Source: an uncultured Chloroflexia bacterium
GTDB lineage: Bacteria; Chloroflexota; Dormibacteria; CF-121
DNA length: 64,000 nt
Direction: 5' to 3'
Assembly (NCBI GenBank): GCA_963795805.1
Contig: CAWCIV010000001.1
Coordinates: 647,896-711,895 of the forward strand
Shown: piece by piece, positions 47,276 through 55,931 of the stretch
Layout of the letters: each line of letters starts with the position of its first letter
How positions within the stretch are numbered: the first letter of the stretch is position 1
Position numbers and translations under genes: made by a program
The notes under the pieces: generated by a model
What the model was told of the DNA's origin: nothing
What the model saw: only the letters and a program-made list of their open reading frames with translations
Database searches by the model: none

Positions 47276-47839
47276 TTAGATGGCGGCGGTCAATTGCAGC
47301 GCGCGGCGGTCGCCGTGACCCGGGACGCCGCCAGCCCGAGCGAGGACGGCTACCTCGTGGTCGATCAGGAAGCGCTTCCGCTCGAGGCCACCGGCAAAGC
47401 CGGTCAGGGAGCCATTGGCGCCGATGACGCGGTGGCAGGGGACGATGATGCAGACGGGATTCGCCCGGTTCGCCGCGCCCAGGGCCCGTGCCGCAGTTGG
47501 GATGCCGAGCTGACGGGCCTGGTGGCCGTAGCTGACGGTCGTGCCAAATGGGATGGCGGCGAGCTCACGCCAGGCGGCGAGCTGGAAGCGCGTCCCCTCG
47601 ACATCGAGCGGAACATCAAACGTTGTCCGGGTCCCGTTGAAGTATTCGTCGAGCTGGCGGGTGGCCAGCGTAAGCCATGGCTGCTCGGCATTGCGGTGGG
47701 GCCGTCCTGTCAGCCGGATCCGCCCGCTATCGCGCGCAAAGGTGATGGCGCGGAGTCCGCGATCGGAGGCGACCAGCGTGAGCGGGCCCACTGGCGTGTC
47801 GTGGATCGTGCTGTGCAGGACGTTCTTCGTAGTAATCAT
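47276..47839 (-). CDS. ogt: methylated-DNA--protein-cysteine methyltransferase
   Basis: The active site is IIVPCHRVIGANGSLTGFAGG, and IPFGTTVSYG lies upstream. Confidence 0.9.
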   Translation of the reverse strand: MITTKNVLHSTIHDTPVGPLTLVASDRGLRAITFARDSGRIRLTGRPHRNAEQPWLTLATRQLDEYFNGTRTTFDVPLDVEGTRFQLAAWRELAAIPFGTTVSYGHQARQLGIPTAARALGAANRANPVCIIVPCHRVIGANGSLTGFAGGLERKRFLIDHEVAVLARAGGVPGHGDRRALQLTAAI

Positions 47840-47841
47840 TG

Positions 47842-49338
47842 TCAGGCTGCTCCTTTCATGATGGGGGACGCGAGGCTGGCCCAGAGGTGGTGGGTTGCAT
47901 AGGTCCGCCAGGGCCTCCAGGCGGCGGCATGTCCGGCGATCGTCTTCGGGTCGTTGCCGAGTCCGAGCAGGGCGCCCGCTTTCTTGATGCCGAGGTCAGT
48001 CGCGAGAAACGTGTCCGGGTCGCCGAGCGCGCGCATCACAATGTATCCGGCGGTCCACTCGCCGATGCCGGGAAGGGCTGCCAGGTGCTGCAAGACTTCG
48101 GCCCTGTCAGCCCCGGGGTCGAGCAAAACGTCTCCGCTTGCGATCGCCCGGCTGACGTGGGTCAGTGTGTTGCGGCGGCTCCTAGGCATACCGAGTGTTG
48201 ATAGGTCGGCATCCGCGATCGCAGCAGCGGTGGGGAAGAGGTGGGTCAGGGTCGGATGCGCGATCGTGATCGCGTCACCGTTCGCGGCGACGAGCCGTGC
48301 AGCGAGCGTACGGGCGGCGGCAAGCGACACCTGCTGACCCAGAATCGCCTGAATCGCGAGCTCGGTCCCGTCGACCGCGCCCGGTGCGCGCAGTCCCGGA
48401 TTGCGGCGCACAAGTGGGCCGAGGCGCGGGTCGGTCGAAAGCACGTCGCAGACGCTTGTTGGATCGGCGTCGAGGTCGAGCAAACGCCGGCAGCGCCGCA
48501 CCGCTGCCGCGAGGTCTCTGATCGTCTGAAGCTTCAGGGTGCAGCGGATGTAGGTGTCGGCCGGTTCGAGCTCGACGATCGCCGCTCCGCCGGGAAGACG
48601 CAGTGTGCGGCGGTACGATTGGCCCTCGACCTCCGCGACGCCGGGGATCGCACGCGTGCCCAGCCAGGAGAGCAACGAAGGCCAATCGAGCGGGGCGCGG
48701 AACGGGAGGCGCAGGATGAGCGAGCCATTCGGATGCTCACCGCGGCGGCGGCCGGCGGCGCGGAGCTCGGTCGGCGTCAGCGCGAAGACGTCGCGGACCG
48801 TGTCATTGAACTGCCGGATGCTGTCAAAGCCGGCCGCGAACGCGAGGTCCGTGAATGGCAGAGCGGTCGTTTCGATCAGCGTGCGTGCGGTTTGGGCGCG
48901 TTGCGCCCGCGCGATCGCGAGCGGACCGGCGCCGAGCTCAGAGACGAGGAGACGATGGAGGTGCCGTTCGCTGACCGCGAGGCGGCGGGCCACGCCGGCG
49001 ACACCGTCGCGATCGATCACGCCATCCGCAATCAGGCGCATCGCACGCCCGACGAGGTCGCCGCGAACGTTCCACTCCGGCGAGCCCGGCGAGGCATCGG
49101 GCCGGCAGCGCTTGCAGGCGCGAAAACCGGCGAGCTGGGCCGCTGCGGCGGTTGGGTAGAAGCGCACGTTCTGCCGCTTCGGCCGGACTGGCGTCGGGCA
49201 GCTCGGCCGGCAGTAGATGCCGGTCGTGCGGACGGCCGTGATGAACCAGCCGTCGAAGCGGGCATCGCGGCTCTCGACCGCCCGATAGCAGCGCTCGAAG
49301 TCCAGCGTTGTCGGTGCCATGTGCCTATGGTGAGGCAT
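47842..49338 (-). CDS. alkA: fused Ada-type methylphosphotriester sensor / AraC HTH / AlkA DNA-3-methyladenine glycosylase II
   Basis: The Ada zinc domain is GIYCRPSCP...FRACKRCRP. An AraC-type HTH and an AlkA N-domain plus HhH-GPD (LAALPGIGEWTAGYIVMRALGDPD) follow. The start is at comp. 49338 or 49320. The gene pairs with ogt as in the mycobacterial adaA-alkA/ogt operon. Confidence 0.85.
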   Translation of the reverse strand: MPHHRHMAPTTLDFERCYRAVESRDARFDGWFITAVRTTGIYCRPSCPTPVRPKRQNVRFYPTAAAAQLAGFRACKRCRPDASPGSPEWNVRGDLVGRAMRLIADGVIDRDGVAGVARRLAVSERHLHRLLVSELGAGPLAIARAQRAQTARTLIETTALPFTDLAFAAGFDSIRQFNDTVRDVFALTPTELRAAGRRRGEHPNGSLILRLPFRAPLDWPSLLSWLGTRAIPGVAEVEGQSYRRTLRLPGGAAIVELEPADTYIRCTLKLQTIRDLAAAVRRCRRLLDLDADPTSVCDVLSTDPRLGPLVRRNPGLRAPGAVDGTELAIQAILGQQVSLAAARTLAARLVAANGDAITIAHPTLTHLFPTAAAIADADLSTLGMPRSRRNTLTHVSRAIASGDVLLDPGADRAEVLQHLAALPGIGEWTAGYIVMRALGDPDTFLATDLGIKKAGALLGLGNDPKTIAGHAAAWRPWRTYATHHLWASLASPIMKGAA

Positions 49339-49399
49339 CGGCAGGCCCTGCGCTAGCGGGAATCGGACCTTATGATTTGGCCCGCTTCTGCGACGGTCG

Positions 49400-50494
49400 T
49401 CAGGTGCCGGGCGTGGTGATGACGGTCCAGTGATGTCCGCCATCGACGGTGCGCTCGATGCTGCCACGGACCGTTCCGTAGCCGACAAGCGGACTACCGA
49501 ACGCAAAGAGTGCCGGGATCGGGGCTGCCTGCTCGTAGTCTGACGCGAATCCGTGCCAGGTCGATCCGGCGTCCGTGGTCTCCAGTGCGGAGTGGTAGCT
49601 GACGATCTTGAGCCACCGCGACTCACTGACGAAAATTACGTCGTAAAGTCCGACGCCGGTCGTTGCGAGGTAGGACCACGTCGCGCCGCCGTCAACCGAG
49701 CGAAAGACATATTCCGCTGGCATTTGGGTGGCCACCCGCATCCCGGAAGCCGGCAGTAGCAGGGTTTTCCCGAAGCCCCTTACTAGCCCGGAAGTCAGGG
49801 TGAAACCTCCCGACTGTGTGGTGAAGCCCGGCGGATCGGGCAAGGCGCTATGCGCCCACGTGAGTCCTCCGTCTGCGGTCGCATAAATTGTCGGCCCGGA
49901 GTTGGGATCTGCGCCACCGAGAAAGCCGTGCATCGTGTCCACGAACGAGAGACCCTGTTTGCACTGGCGATAACTGATCGATCCGGGTGTCTGATGTTGC
50001 CAGTCAACCGATGCGACCTGCTGCCAGGTTTCGCCTCCATCTGACGTACGCCAGACGCTCGTTCCGGCTCCGTTGCACTGCGTTTCAGGTACGCCCCCGG
50101 TTGCAAACCATCCGTGGAGGTCGTCGACAAACGAGACCTCGGCCCGCGGGAAGTTGCCAGGTGGAATCGCCCGTTGTTGCCAGGTCGTGCCCCGATCGGT
50201 CGAGCGGTAAAGATACGGGGCTCCTCCCTCGACAATGACCCAGACGACATTGTCCGATGCCGCGTTCACGGATACCTCCGCTGGCATTGCGATCGGACCT
50301 GGCGGCAGCACGAGACTGCCATTGACGAACGCTGGTGTTGTCCGAGCTGGCGACCCGCTCGGGTCCGGGTTGAGCGATGGTGTTGGGGTCCGGCTCGGAG
50401 CGGCCGCTCTGGCGACCGGGGTGCTGCATGCCGTGGCGAGCAGGGCGGCCAATCCGATACTGACGACCAGGGGGCTGCACGTCGTGCCGCTCAT
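49400..50494 (-). CDS. BNR/Asp-box beta-propeller lipoprotein (Ycf48-like)
   Basis: It is trimmed to MSGTTCSPLVVSIGLAALLATAC (lipobox). Repeats are STDRGTTW, TSDGGETW, TADGGLTW, SVDGGATW, TTDAGSTW and VDGGHHW. It is a paralog of the ectodomain of 8908..10338. Confidence 0.75.
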   Translation of the reverse strand: MSGTTCSPLVVSIGLAALLATACSTPVARAAAPSRTPTPSLNPDPSGSPARTTPAFVNGSLVLPPGPIAMPAEVSVNAASDNVVWVIVEGGAPYLYRSTDRGTTWQQRAIPPGNFPRAEVSFVDDLHGWFATGGVPETQCNGAGTSVWRTSDGGETWQQVASVDWQHQTPGSISYRQCKQGLSFVDTMHGFLGGADPNSGPTIYATADGGLTWAHSALPDPPGFTTQSGGFTLTSGLVRGFGKTLLLPASGMRVATQMPAEYVFRSVDGGATWSYLATTGVGLYDVIFVSESRWLKIVSYHSALETTDAGSTWHGFASDYEQAAPIPALFAFGSPLVGYGTVRGSIERTVDGGHHWTVITTPGT

Positions 50495-50569
50495 ACAACT
50501 ATCTAACGGCTCAGCCCGCAGTAGGTTTCTCCTTGTGGCCCCGTCACCCATGGCGACGCGCTTGCGGTC

Positions 50570-51922
50570 TCATTCGCGGGCAGTCAGGCGCGGCGCGATG
50601 GCAAGGCCGCCAAGGGCGGCGGCGAGCGCGAGGGCGAGCGCGCCGGCCAGACCGATGTTGAGCGAGGCGTGGGCCGCCAGGGCGACCGCGATCGCCGCGC
50701 CGCCGAGGCCGCCGCCAAGCGCCAGCCCCATGCGTTCGGCAACCTCAGCGGAGCTGACCGCCGCGCCGGCCCCGGCGTCCGACGCGCCGCTCATGATGAC
50801 GAGATAGGCGGTCGGATACGCGATGCCCATCCCGACGCCGCCGACGAACCAGGTGACGTAGGGGACGACGAGCGATGCCCCGGCGAGCGTGGCGATGATA
50901 CCGAGGAGGCCGAAGACCAGCATTGCGCTGCCCAGTCGTGCGAGCATCAGGCGCGAACGCGTCATGACGGCCCGCGATTGCCACCAGCTGCCGAGAGACC
51001 AGCTGACGGTGCCGGCCGTTATCACGATGCCAGCCTCCGCGAGCGACCGGCCGCGCACGGCGGTGAGCAGCAAGGGAATGAAGTAGTCGGCGCCGATGTA
51101 GGCGAAGATGAGCAGGAAGATTGTCACGACCGCGGCGGGCAAGCCGGGCCGTCCCTGGAGCGTTCCGGCGGGCAGGATGCGCCGAAGTGCCGACCAGCCA
51201 AGCGCGCTGCCCACGATCAGGAGTGGGACGCTGAGGATGGATAGCAGCGACAGCCCGGTAATGAGCGCCCCCACGCCGACCGCGAGCTGCAGGGGCCAAC
51301 GGAGCGATAGGTGGGGTGAGGGCTGGGCCGCAGGCGAGACGCCGCGGAGCGCGGGGAGCATCAGGTAGGTCGCGATGAGCGTGAGGGGAACCATCGAGAT
51401 AAAGGCCCATCGCCATCCAACGGTGCTCGCGATCAGCGCCCCATACGAGGGACCGAGGAGCCCCGGCACGATCCAGGCGCCGGCGAGCAGCGCGAGCACG
51501 CGCGCGCGGCCGGCCTCCGGGTAGGTACGCGTGACGGAGACGAGCGCGACGGTGTAAGCGCCGCCGGAGCCATATCCCTGCAAAATTCGAACCAGTGCGA
51601 GGACCGGCATCGACGGCGCGAAGCCGGAGAGCACCGTACCGACCAGGAAGAGACCGCTGAAGATCAGGAACGGCGTGGCCGGACCGCGGCGGTCCGTCAG
51701 GCGGCCGGCGGTTGGCGCGGCCACCAGCGCGGCGACGGAGAACCCGCTGAAGACAAGGCCGTAGTATTCGATCCCGCCGAGGTCGTGGCCGATCGCCGGC
51801 ATGATCGCGGTGACGACAAGCGCCTGCACCGCGAAGAGAAACTCGACGAGCAGAATACCGACAGTGAGCCTGGCGCGTCCGTGTTGGAACAATTCGCGCC
51901 AACGCATCGGAGCATCCATCAC
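50570..51922 (-). CDS. MFS transporter
   Basis: It has 12-14 TM segments and MFS loop motifs (GRLTDRRG). Confidence 0.8.
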   Translation of the reverse strand: MMDAPMRWRELFQHGRARLTVGILLVEFLFAVQALVVTAIMPAIGHDLGGIEYYGLVFSGFSVAALVAAPTAGRLTDRRGPATPFLIFSGLFLVGTVLSGFAPSMPVLALVRILQGYGSGGAYTVALVSVTRTYPEAGRARVLALLAGAWIVPGLLGPSYGALIASTVGWRWAFISMVPLTLIATYLMLPALRGVSPAAQPSPHLSLRWPLQLAVGVGALITGLSLLSILSVPLLIVGSALGWSALRRILPAGTLQGRPGLPAAVVTIFLLIFAYIGADYFIPLLLTAVRGRSLAEAGIVITAGTVSWSLGSWWQSRAVMTRSRLMLARLGSAMLVFGLLGIIATLAGASLVVPYVTWFVGGVGMGIAYPTAYLVIMSGASDAGAGAAVSSAEVAERMGLALGGGLGGAAIAVALAAHASLNIGLAGALALALAAALGGLAIAPRLTARE

Positions 51923-51957
51923 CGCTAATGGTGACGGACTCGCTAAGCCGGATCCGA

Positions 51958-53382
51958 CTAGCGGTTGATGCCGCCCTGGATCGCCGGGTTGCCCAACACC
52001 GCCGAGAGACCGCAGACCCAGAGGAACTGTTGGGTCCCGTTGCCACCACCGCTGACGGAAACGCTGGCCAGCACAGCCGATCCGGTGAAGGTGAAGCTCG
52101 CGTTGCCGGCCATGCTCATCGACGACTTCGGCAAGTAGGTGATGCCGCTGATATCGGTCGATCCCACCGAGATGCTGCCCGCGTACCCGCTGGCGCCGCT
52201 CGAACTCCAGAAGACGAAGTTGTGCGTCGCCTGCGGGTCCCGCGGACCGACGTAGCTCTGGGCGTGCAGGTCATCGAGACCGTTTAGCGTGGCGGCGCTG
52301 AGATCCAGTCCGCCGGTATCGGTGTTGTCGAGCATGATGACCGTGGCACCGTTGGTGTTCTCGGTCCCGGCGGCGGTGGCGATCACATCGATCCCGGGGC
52401 TGATGGTGCCGGCGTAGCTGACGATCTTGTAAACACCCGGATTGAGCTTGCCGCCGTTGGGCGCGATCCCGGTATACGTTCCGGGCTTCCAGTTTCCGGA
52501 CACGTCCTTGGCCGTTGCCTGGTTCCCGGCGTTGAAGCTTCCGCCCGTCACCGTCGGGGCGCTGTTGTCATAGAGCAGCGTTGGGGTGGCGTTTGTATTC
52601 TGGATGCCAGTGCTTCCGGTCCACGCCCACTGCAAACCGTTGGTGGTGCTACCACCGAAATCAACCTGGCTCGCGGGCGACCCCGGACAGGTGGTGCCAT
52701 CGTAGTTCGTCTGGACCGAGGGCACCTTCGAGGTATGCGGACCGTTATTGCCGCCGAAGTTACCTTTCGCGTAGACGGAGCCGCTCACGTTCCCGGAGGG
52801 GGCCGATGTGCCACCGCCGTAGACCGAGAGATCTCCGGACACGGCCTCCGCCGCATAGAGCGAGGGGATGACCGTGGGGCCGGGCGCCGTCGTTCGGACG
52901 CTGTTCCCGGTCTTGACCGTCTGGCCAATCAACCCCGCAAACAGTCCGGGCTCAGTGTGGGAGATCGAGAGATCCATCTGCTTCGACGCCGGGTCCCCGA
53001 TCGTAATCGTATAAGTGCCGGTCGTATAGGTGCCGGCCGGGCACGTGGTGATCGCCGTGCACGAGCCCAGTGGGAGCGTAAAGTTAAGAGGCTTCTGCAG
53101 GTATTGCAGGGCGACCCAGTGGGCGGCAGGCGTGCTTGTCGAATAGGCAACCGCGCCGGCGAGCGCAGCCGAGTCGACGTTCGCCTGCAGCAGGCGGCGG
53201 TCGGTCATCGCCATACTCAGGTCGAGGGCGTAGGCTGCCAGGCCAAAAAGCAGCATCGCCATCAGGGCCACGATGACGGCCACCTGTCCCTGGCGTGCCC
53301 GACGTGCGTTGCTGGTTGTAGCCACCGCGATCCACGCTCGCACTGAAGAGTTACGGGCAGGATGAACGCCCATCGGCGTCAC
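51958..53382 (-). CDS. TadG-like pilus-associated protein (474 aa)
   Basis: The N-terminus is RQGQVAVIVALMAMLLFGLAAYALDLSMAMTDRRLLQANVDSAALAGA (Tad/TadG-type hydrophobic segment). The remainder is a Thr/Gly/Ser-rich beta-type ectodomain ending ...ITYLPKSSMSMAGNASFTFTGSAVL. Confidence 0.7.
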   Translation of the reverse strand: MTPMGVHPARNSSVRAWIAVATTSNARRARQGQVAVIVALMAMLLFGLAAYALDLSMAMTDRRLLQANVDSAALAGAVAYSTSTPAAHWVALQYLQKPLNFTLPLGSCTAITTCPAGTYTTGTYTITIGDPASKQMDLSISHTEPGLFAGLIGQTVKTGNSVRTTAPGPTVIPSLYAAEAVSGDLSVYGGGTSAPSGNVSGSVYAKGNFGGNNGPHTSKVPSVQTNYDGTTCPGSPASQVDFGGSTTNGLQWAWTGSTGIQNTNATPTLLYDNSAPTVTGGSFNAGNQATAKDVSGNWKPGTYTGIAPNGGKLNPGVYKIVSYAGTISPGIDVIATAAGTENTNGATVIMLDNTDTGGLDLSAATLNGLDDLHAQSYVGPRDPQATHNFVFWSSSGASGYAGSISVGSTDISGITYLPKSSMSMAGNASFTFTGSAVLASVSVSGGGNGTQQFLWVCGLSAVLGNPAIQGGINR

Positions 53383-53413
53383 TGACTTGAGACCGCCCGG
53401 ACCGGCATGCCGA

Positions 53414-54046
53414 TTAGAATTCCTCGCCTATCATCGACGTCGACGCGGTAAGCGTGGGGCTGGGTCCAAACGGCGTGAATGCCGCAAATTTGTACTTGAC
53501 CGTCACCTGGACTAGGAAGCAGCCTTTGAACTTCGGAAAGGTCCATTCGGCATTGCGCGAGCCGAGATCGCCGGGCTGCGGGTCGTGAGCCAGCCGGGTT
53601 TTCGCCGCGGCGCAGTCGGCGTCAGTCGGGTCGCCCGCCCCGGTTTCGGAGGGGGCGATGCAGATGCTGACGTTGCCGGCGGTCGGGTTGGTGCACGAGG
53701 CCGCCAGGGTGTTGGAGTACAGGGTCACCGTGCCACCGAGTGGCTGGACGACGTGGAGGACCGTTTCCTTGATCCGGGCATCGGTGAGGCAGCCGGTTCC
53801 CGTTGCCCCGGACGTGAAGCTGGTGCCCTGGCAGGGCTGACCATTGCTTGCTCCCCACGGGTTGTCGGCTGCCGATCCGTTCGCAACCGCCTGCCGGGCG
53901 CCCTGGCGGGCGGCATCCGACACGGTGCTGTACGCCTCGATCATGCGCATCGAATCAACCACGCCGATAAGGACGAAGAACAACATCGGCGCGATCAGGG
54001 CGAACTCGACCATCGCTTGCCCTCGAGACCGGTGTGTTTGGCTCAT
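53414..54046 (-). CDS. TadE-like pseudopilin
   Basis: It is trimmed to MSQTHRSRGQAMVEFALIAPMLFFVLIGVVD, a class-III signal-like G/QAMVEF with Glu at +5. Confidence 0.75.
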   Translation of the reverse strand: MSQTHRSRGQAMVEFALIAPMLFFVLIGVVDSMRMIEAYSTVSDAARQGARQAVANGSAADNPWGASNGQPCQGTSFTSGATGTGCLTDARIKETVLHVVQPLGGTVTLYSNTLAASCTNPTAGNVSICIAPSETGAGDPTDADCAAAKTRLAHDPQPGDLGSRNAEWTFPKFKGCFLVQVTVKYKFAAFTPFGPSPTLTASTSMIGEEF

Positions 54047-54047
54047 G

Positions 54048-54593
54048 TCAGTATTGCGCCCGGGCCGTAATATCGGCCTTGATGCTGAGTGGGGAGGGCA
54101 CAAAGTTGCCAAGGAACGGCGTGATCAGCGTCATCGGGTAGCTGACCTGAACCTCGACCGCAGCCGAACCGGTGTTCGATGGGTCCGTGCTGGTTGCCGT
54201 CGTGTTTGTCACGGCAACGTTCGACGCGCAATGCCAGGTCACGGTCATGGTCGCGCCGGAAATCGTCGTTCCAGACGGGAGCCCCGTCGTGGTGCTCTCG
54301 AGCGACGCTTCGTTTCCGATGGTGGAGAGTGTGCCAGCCGAGGGCGGCAGCGTGGTGCTCAGGGATGCGCTCGAGCCTCCACCGGCACAAGCGGTATTGC
54401 CAGCTGCCTGCTGCGGTTGCAAGACGGCAACACGGAGCGCCTGGCGGGCGGCATTCGCGACCGCCTCTCGATAGAAATACCCGCGGCCGATGTCCGCGAT
54501 GCCCAGGCCGAGAATGAGGACGAGGGGCAACGTCAAGGCAAGCTCAACGAGAGACTGCCCACCACGGCGGCGGTTTTGGCGGTAACTATTCAT
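54048..54593 (-). CDS. TadE-like pseudopilin
   Basis: The N-terminus is MNSYRQNRRRGGQSLVELALTLPLVLILGLGIADIGRGYF (G/QSLVEL). Confidence 0.75.
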   Translation of the reverse strand: MNSYRQNRRRGGQSLVELALTLPLVLILGLGIADIGRGYFYREAVANAARQALRVAVLQPQQAAGNTACAGGGSSASLSTTLPPSAGTLSTIGNEASLESTTTGLPSGTTISGATMTVTWHCASNVAVTNTTATSTDPSNTGSAAVEVQVSYPMTLITPFLGNFVPSPLSIKADITARAQY

Positions 54594-54775
54594 ATGTTGG
54601 CTGGCCGATTCGCGTCGAATACAACCTCTCAGGGGTAACTTGCGGCGGAGCTTGCACCCGCCGGGCCCGTTTAGTTCTTCATGCGTTTGCTACCGGACCG
54701 TTCATTTCCGAGTCGTGACAAGGCGTGGAGCTACGAATAACCCAAGGGGGGTAAGCCGTTGATTCAGATGGACAA

Positions 54776-54789
54776 GGCAAGGCCTTGCC
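54776..54789. promoter_or_regulatory. perfect 14-bp palindrome just upstream of the Shine-Dalgarno of 54804..55214
   Basis: ggcaagg/ccttgcc sits 2 nt before AAGGAGG. It could be an operator or an mRNA hairpin. Confidence 0.25.
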
Positions 54790-54803
54790 CAAGGAGGCTG
54801 ACA

Positions 54804-55214
54804 ATGCGCAGGATTCTCATCTCACTCATCGCCTCGGGCCTGTTGCTCGTAAGCGGCGTCGCCGCGAGCGCCAAGTTCGACAGCAACCCGTCGGACAAGG
54901 GCCAGATTGGCCAGCAGCAGAACCAGACGCAGACCGACAAGAAGGCCACGCCGGCCGCGAAGGCGACCGACAAGGCCGAGACCAAGCCGGCCACAACGGT
55001 GACCAAGCCGGCAGTGACGGCGAGCAAGCCGGCGACCGCGACTCCCGCCGCTGCCACCCAGAGCCAGTGTGGCTTCCAGGGTGAGCAGACGGGCGAGCAC
55101 GAAGACAGCGCCGCCTGCAACGACCAGAAGGACCAGGCCGGCGCCAACGAAACGAAGGCTGAGGCGAATGATACGCAGGAGCCTGCCGGACAGCAGGGCG
55201 ACAACCAGGACTAG
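54804..55214 (+). CDS. small Sec-secreted, Thr/Ala/Lys/Gln-rich acidic protein (136 aa)
   Basis: An AAGGAGG Shine-Dalgarno precedes the signal peptide MRRILISLIASGLLLVSGVAASA. The mature part is low-complexity with two Cys (SQCGFQGEQTGEHEDSAAC) and an acidic tail. A strong terminator follows. Confidence 0.6.
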   Translation: MRRILISLIASGLLLVSGVAASAKFDSNPSDKGQIGQQQNQTQTDKKATPAAKATDKAETKPATTVTKPAVTASKPATATPAAATQSQCGFQGEQTGEHEDSAACNDQKDQAGANETKAEANDTQEPAGQQGDNQD

Positions 55215-55230
55215 CCAGCGTCCGTAAAAA

Positions 55231-55260
55231 GGGGCCGCATCGGCGGCCCCGTTTTCGTTT
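55231..55260 (+). terminator. rho-independent terminator
   Basis: The stem-loop is ggggccgc-atcg-gcggcccc, followed by gttttcgttt. Confidence 0.7.
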
Positions 55261-55382
55261 CTACCGAACTCATCGGATCGGGCGTTAACAGGTCTGTGAC
55301 GATCCAGTCACTGCTTTGCACAGTACGAGCGGCGCCGGAGTCGCAATCTTCTTTGTATCTAAGTGGTCTTACCGTTGCGAAG

Positions 55383-55931
55383 GTGCTGACCATATCCCGC
55401 GCCAGCCGCCCCCGGGCTAGCAGTGCGCAGTCAATGGTCGAGTTCGCCCTGATGGTGCCCTTCATCTTCCTGATCCTCTTCCTCTCGATTGACTTTGCCC
55501 GCCTCGTTTACACCTACGCCGCGATCTCGTGGGCGGCCCGGGAGGCCGCGCGCGTCGTGTCGATGCAGCCGCAGTCGAGTAGTGACTGCCTGGCCTTCAC
55601 CACGGCGGAGTCGACAGCCCAGGGCTTCAACCTGCGCGCCGACAACAACTCCGTCGTGGGGAACGCCGACCCCAACAGCACCGGCACGCCAAACGCCGAT
55701 CCGAACCCGCCCGCAGGCGTCGGGAAAATTTACATCTGGCCGGCCGTCGCGACGGCATCCCCGGCCGATGCCGCGGCCAACTGCAGCGGTTCCGCGCGAG
55801 CGGTTTCAGCCACGGTGCAGGACGTCGCTGTGCAGGTCAAGTACACGTACCTGCCGATGATGCCGATGATCAGCCAGATGCTTCCGCCGATCACCATCAC
55901 CACGATCAGCGTAGTTCACGTGGAGTACTAA
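55383..55931 (+). CDS. TadE-like pseudopilin
   Basis: The N-terminus includes SSAQSMVEFALMVPFIFLILFLSIDFARLVYTYAAISWAAREAARV. The start is uncertain: GTG 55383 is chosen, and the ORF is open from 55296. Confidence 0.7.
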   Translation: MLTISRASRPRASSAQSMVEFALMVPFIFLILFLSIDFARLVYTYAAISWAAREAARVVSMQPQSSSDCLAFTTAESTAQGFNLRADNNSVVGNADPNSTGTPNADPNPPAGVGKIYIWPAVATASPADAAANCSGSARAVSATVQDVAVQVKYTYLPMMPMISQMLPPITITTISVVHVEY

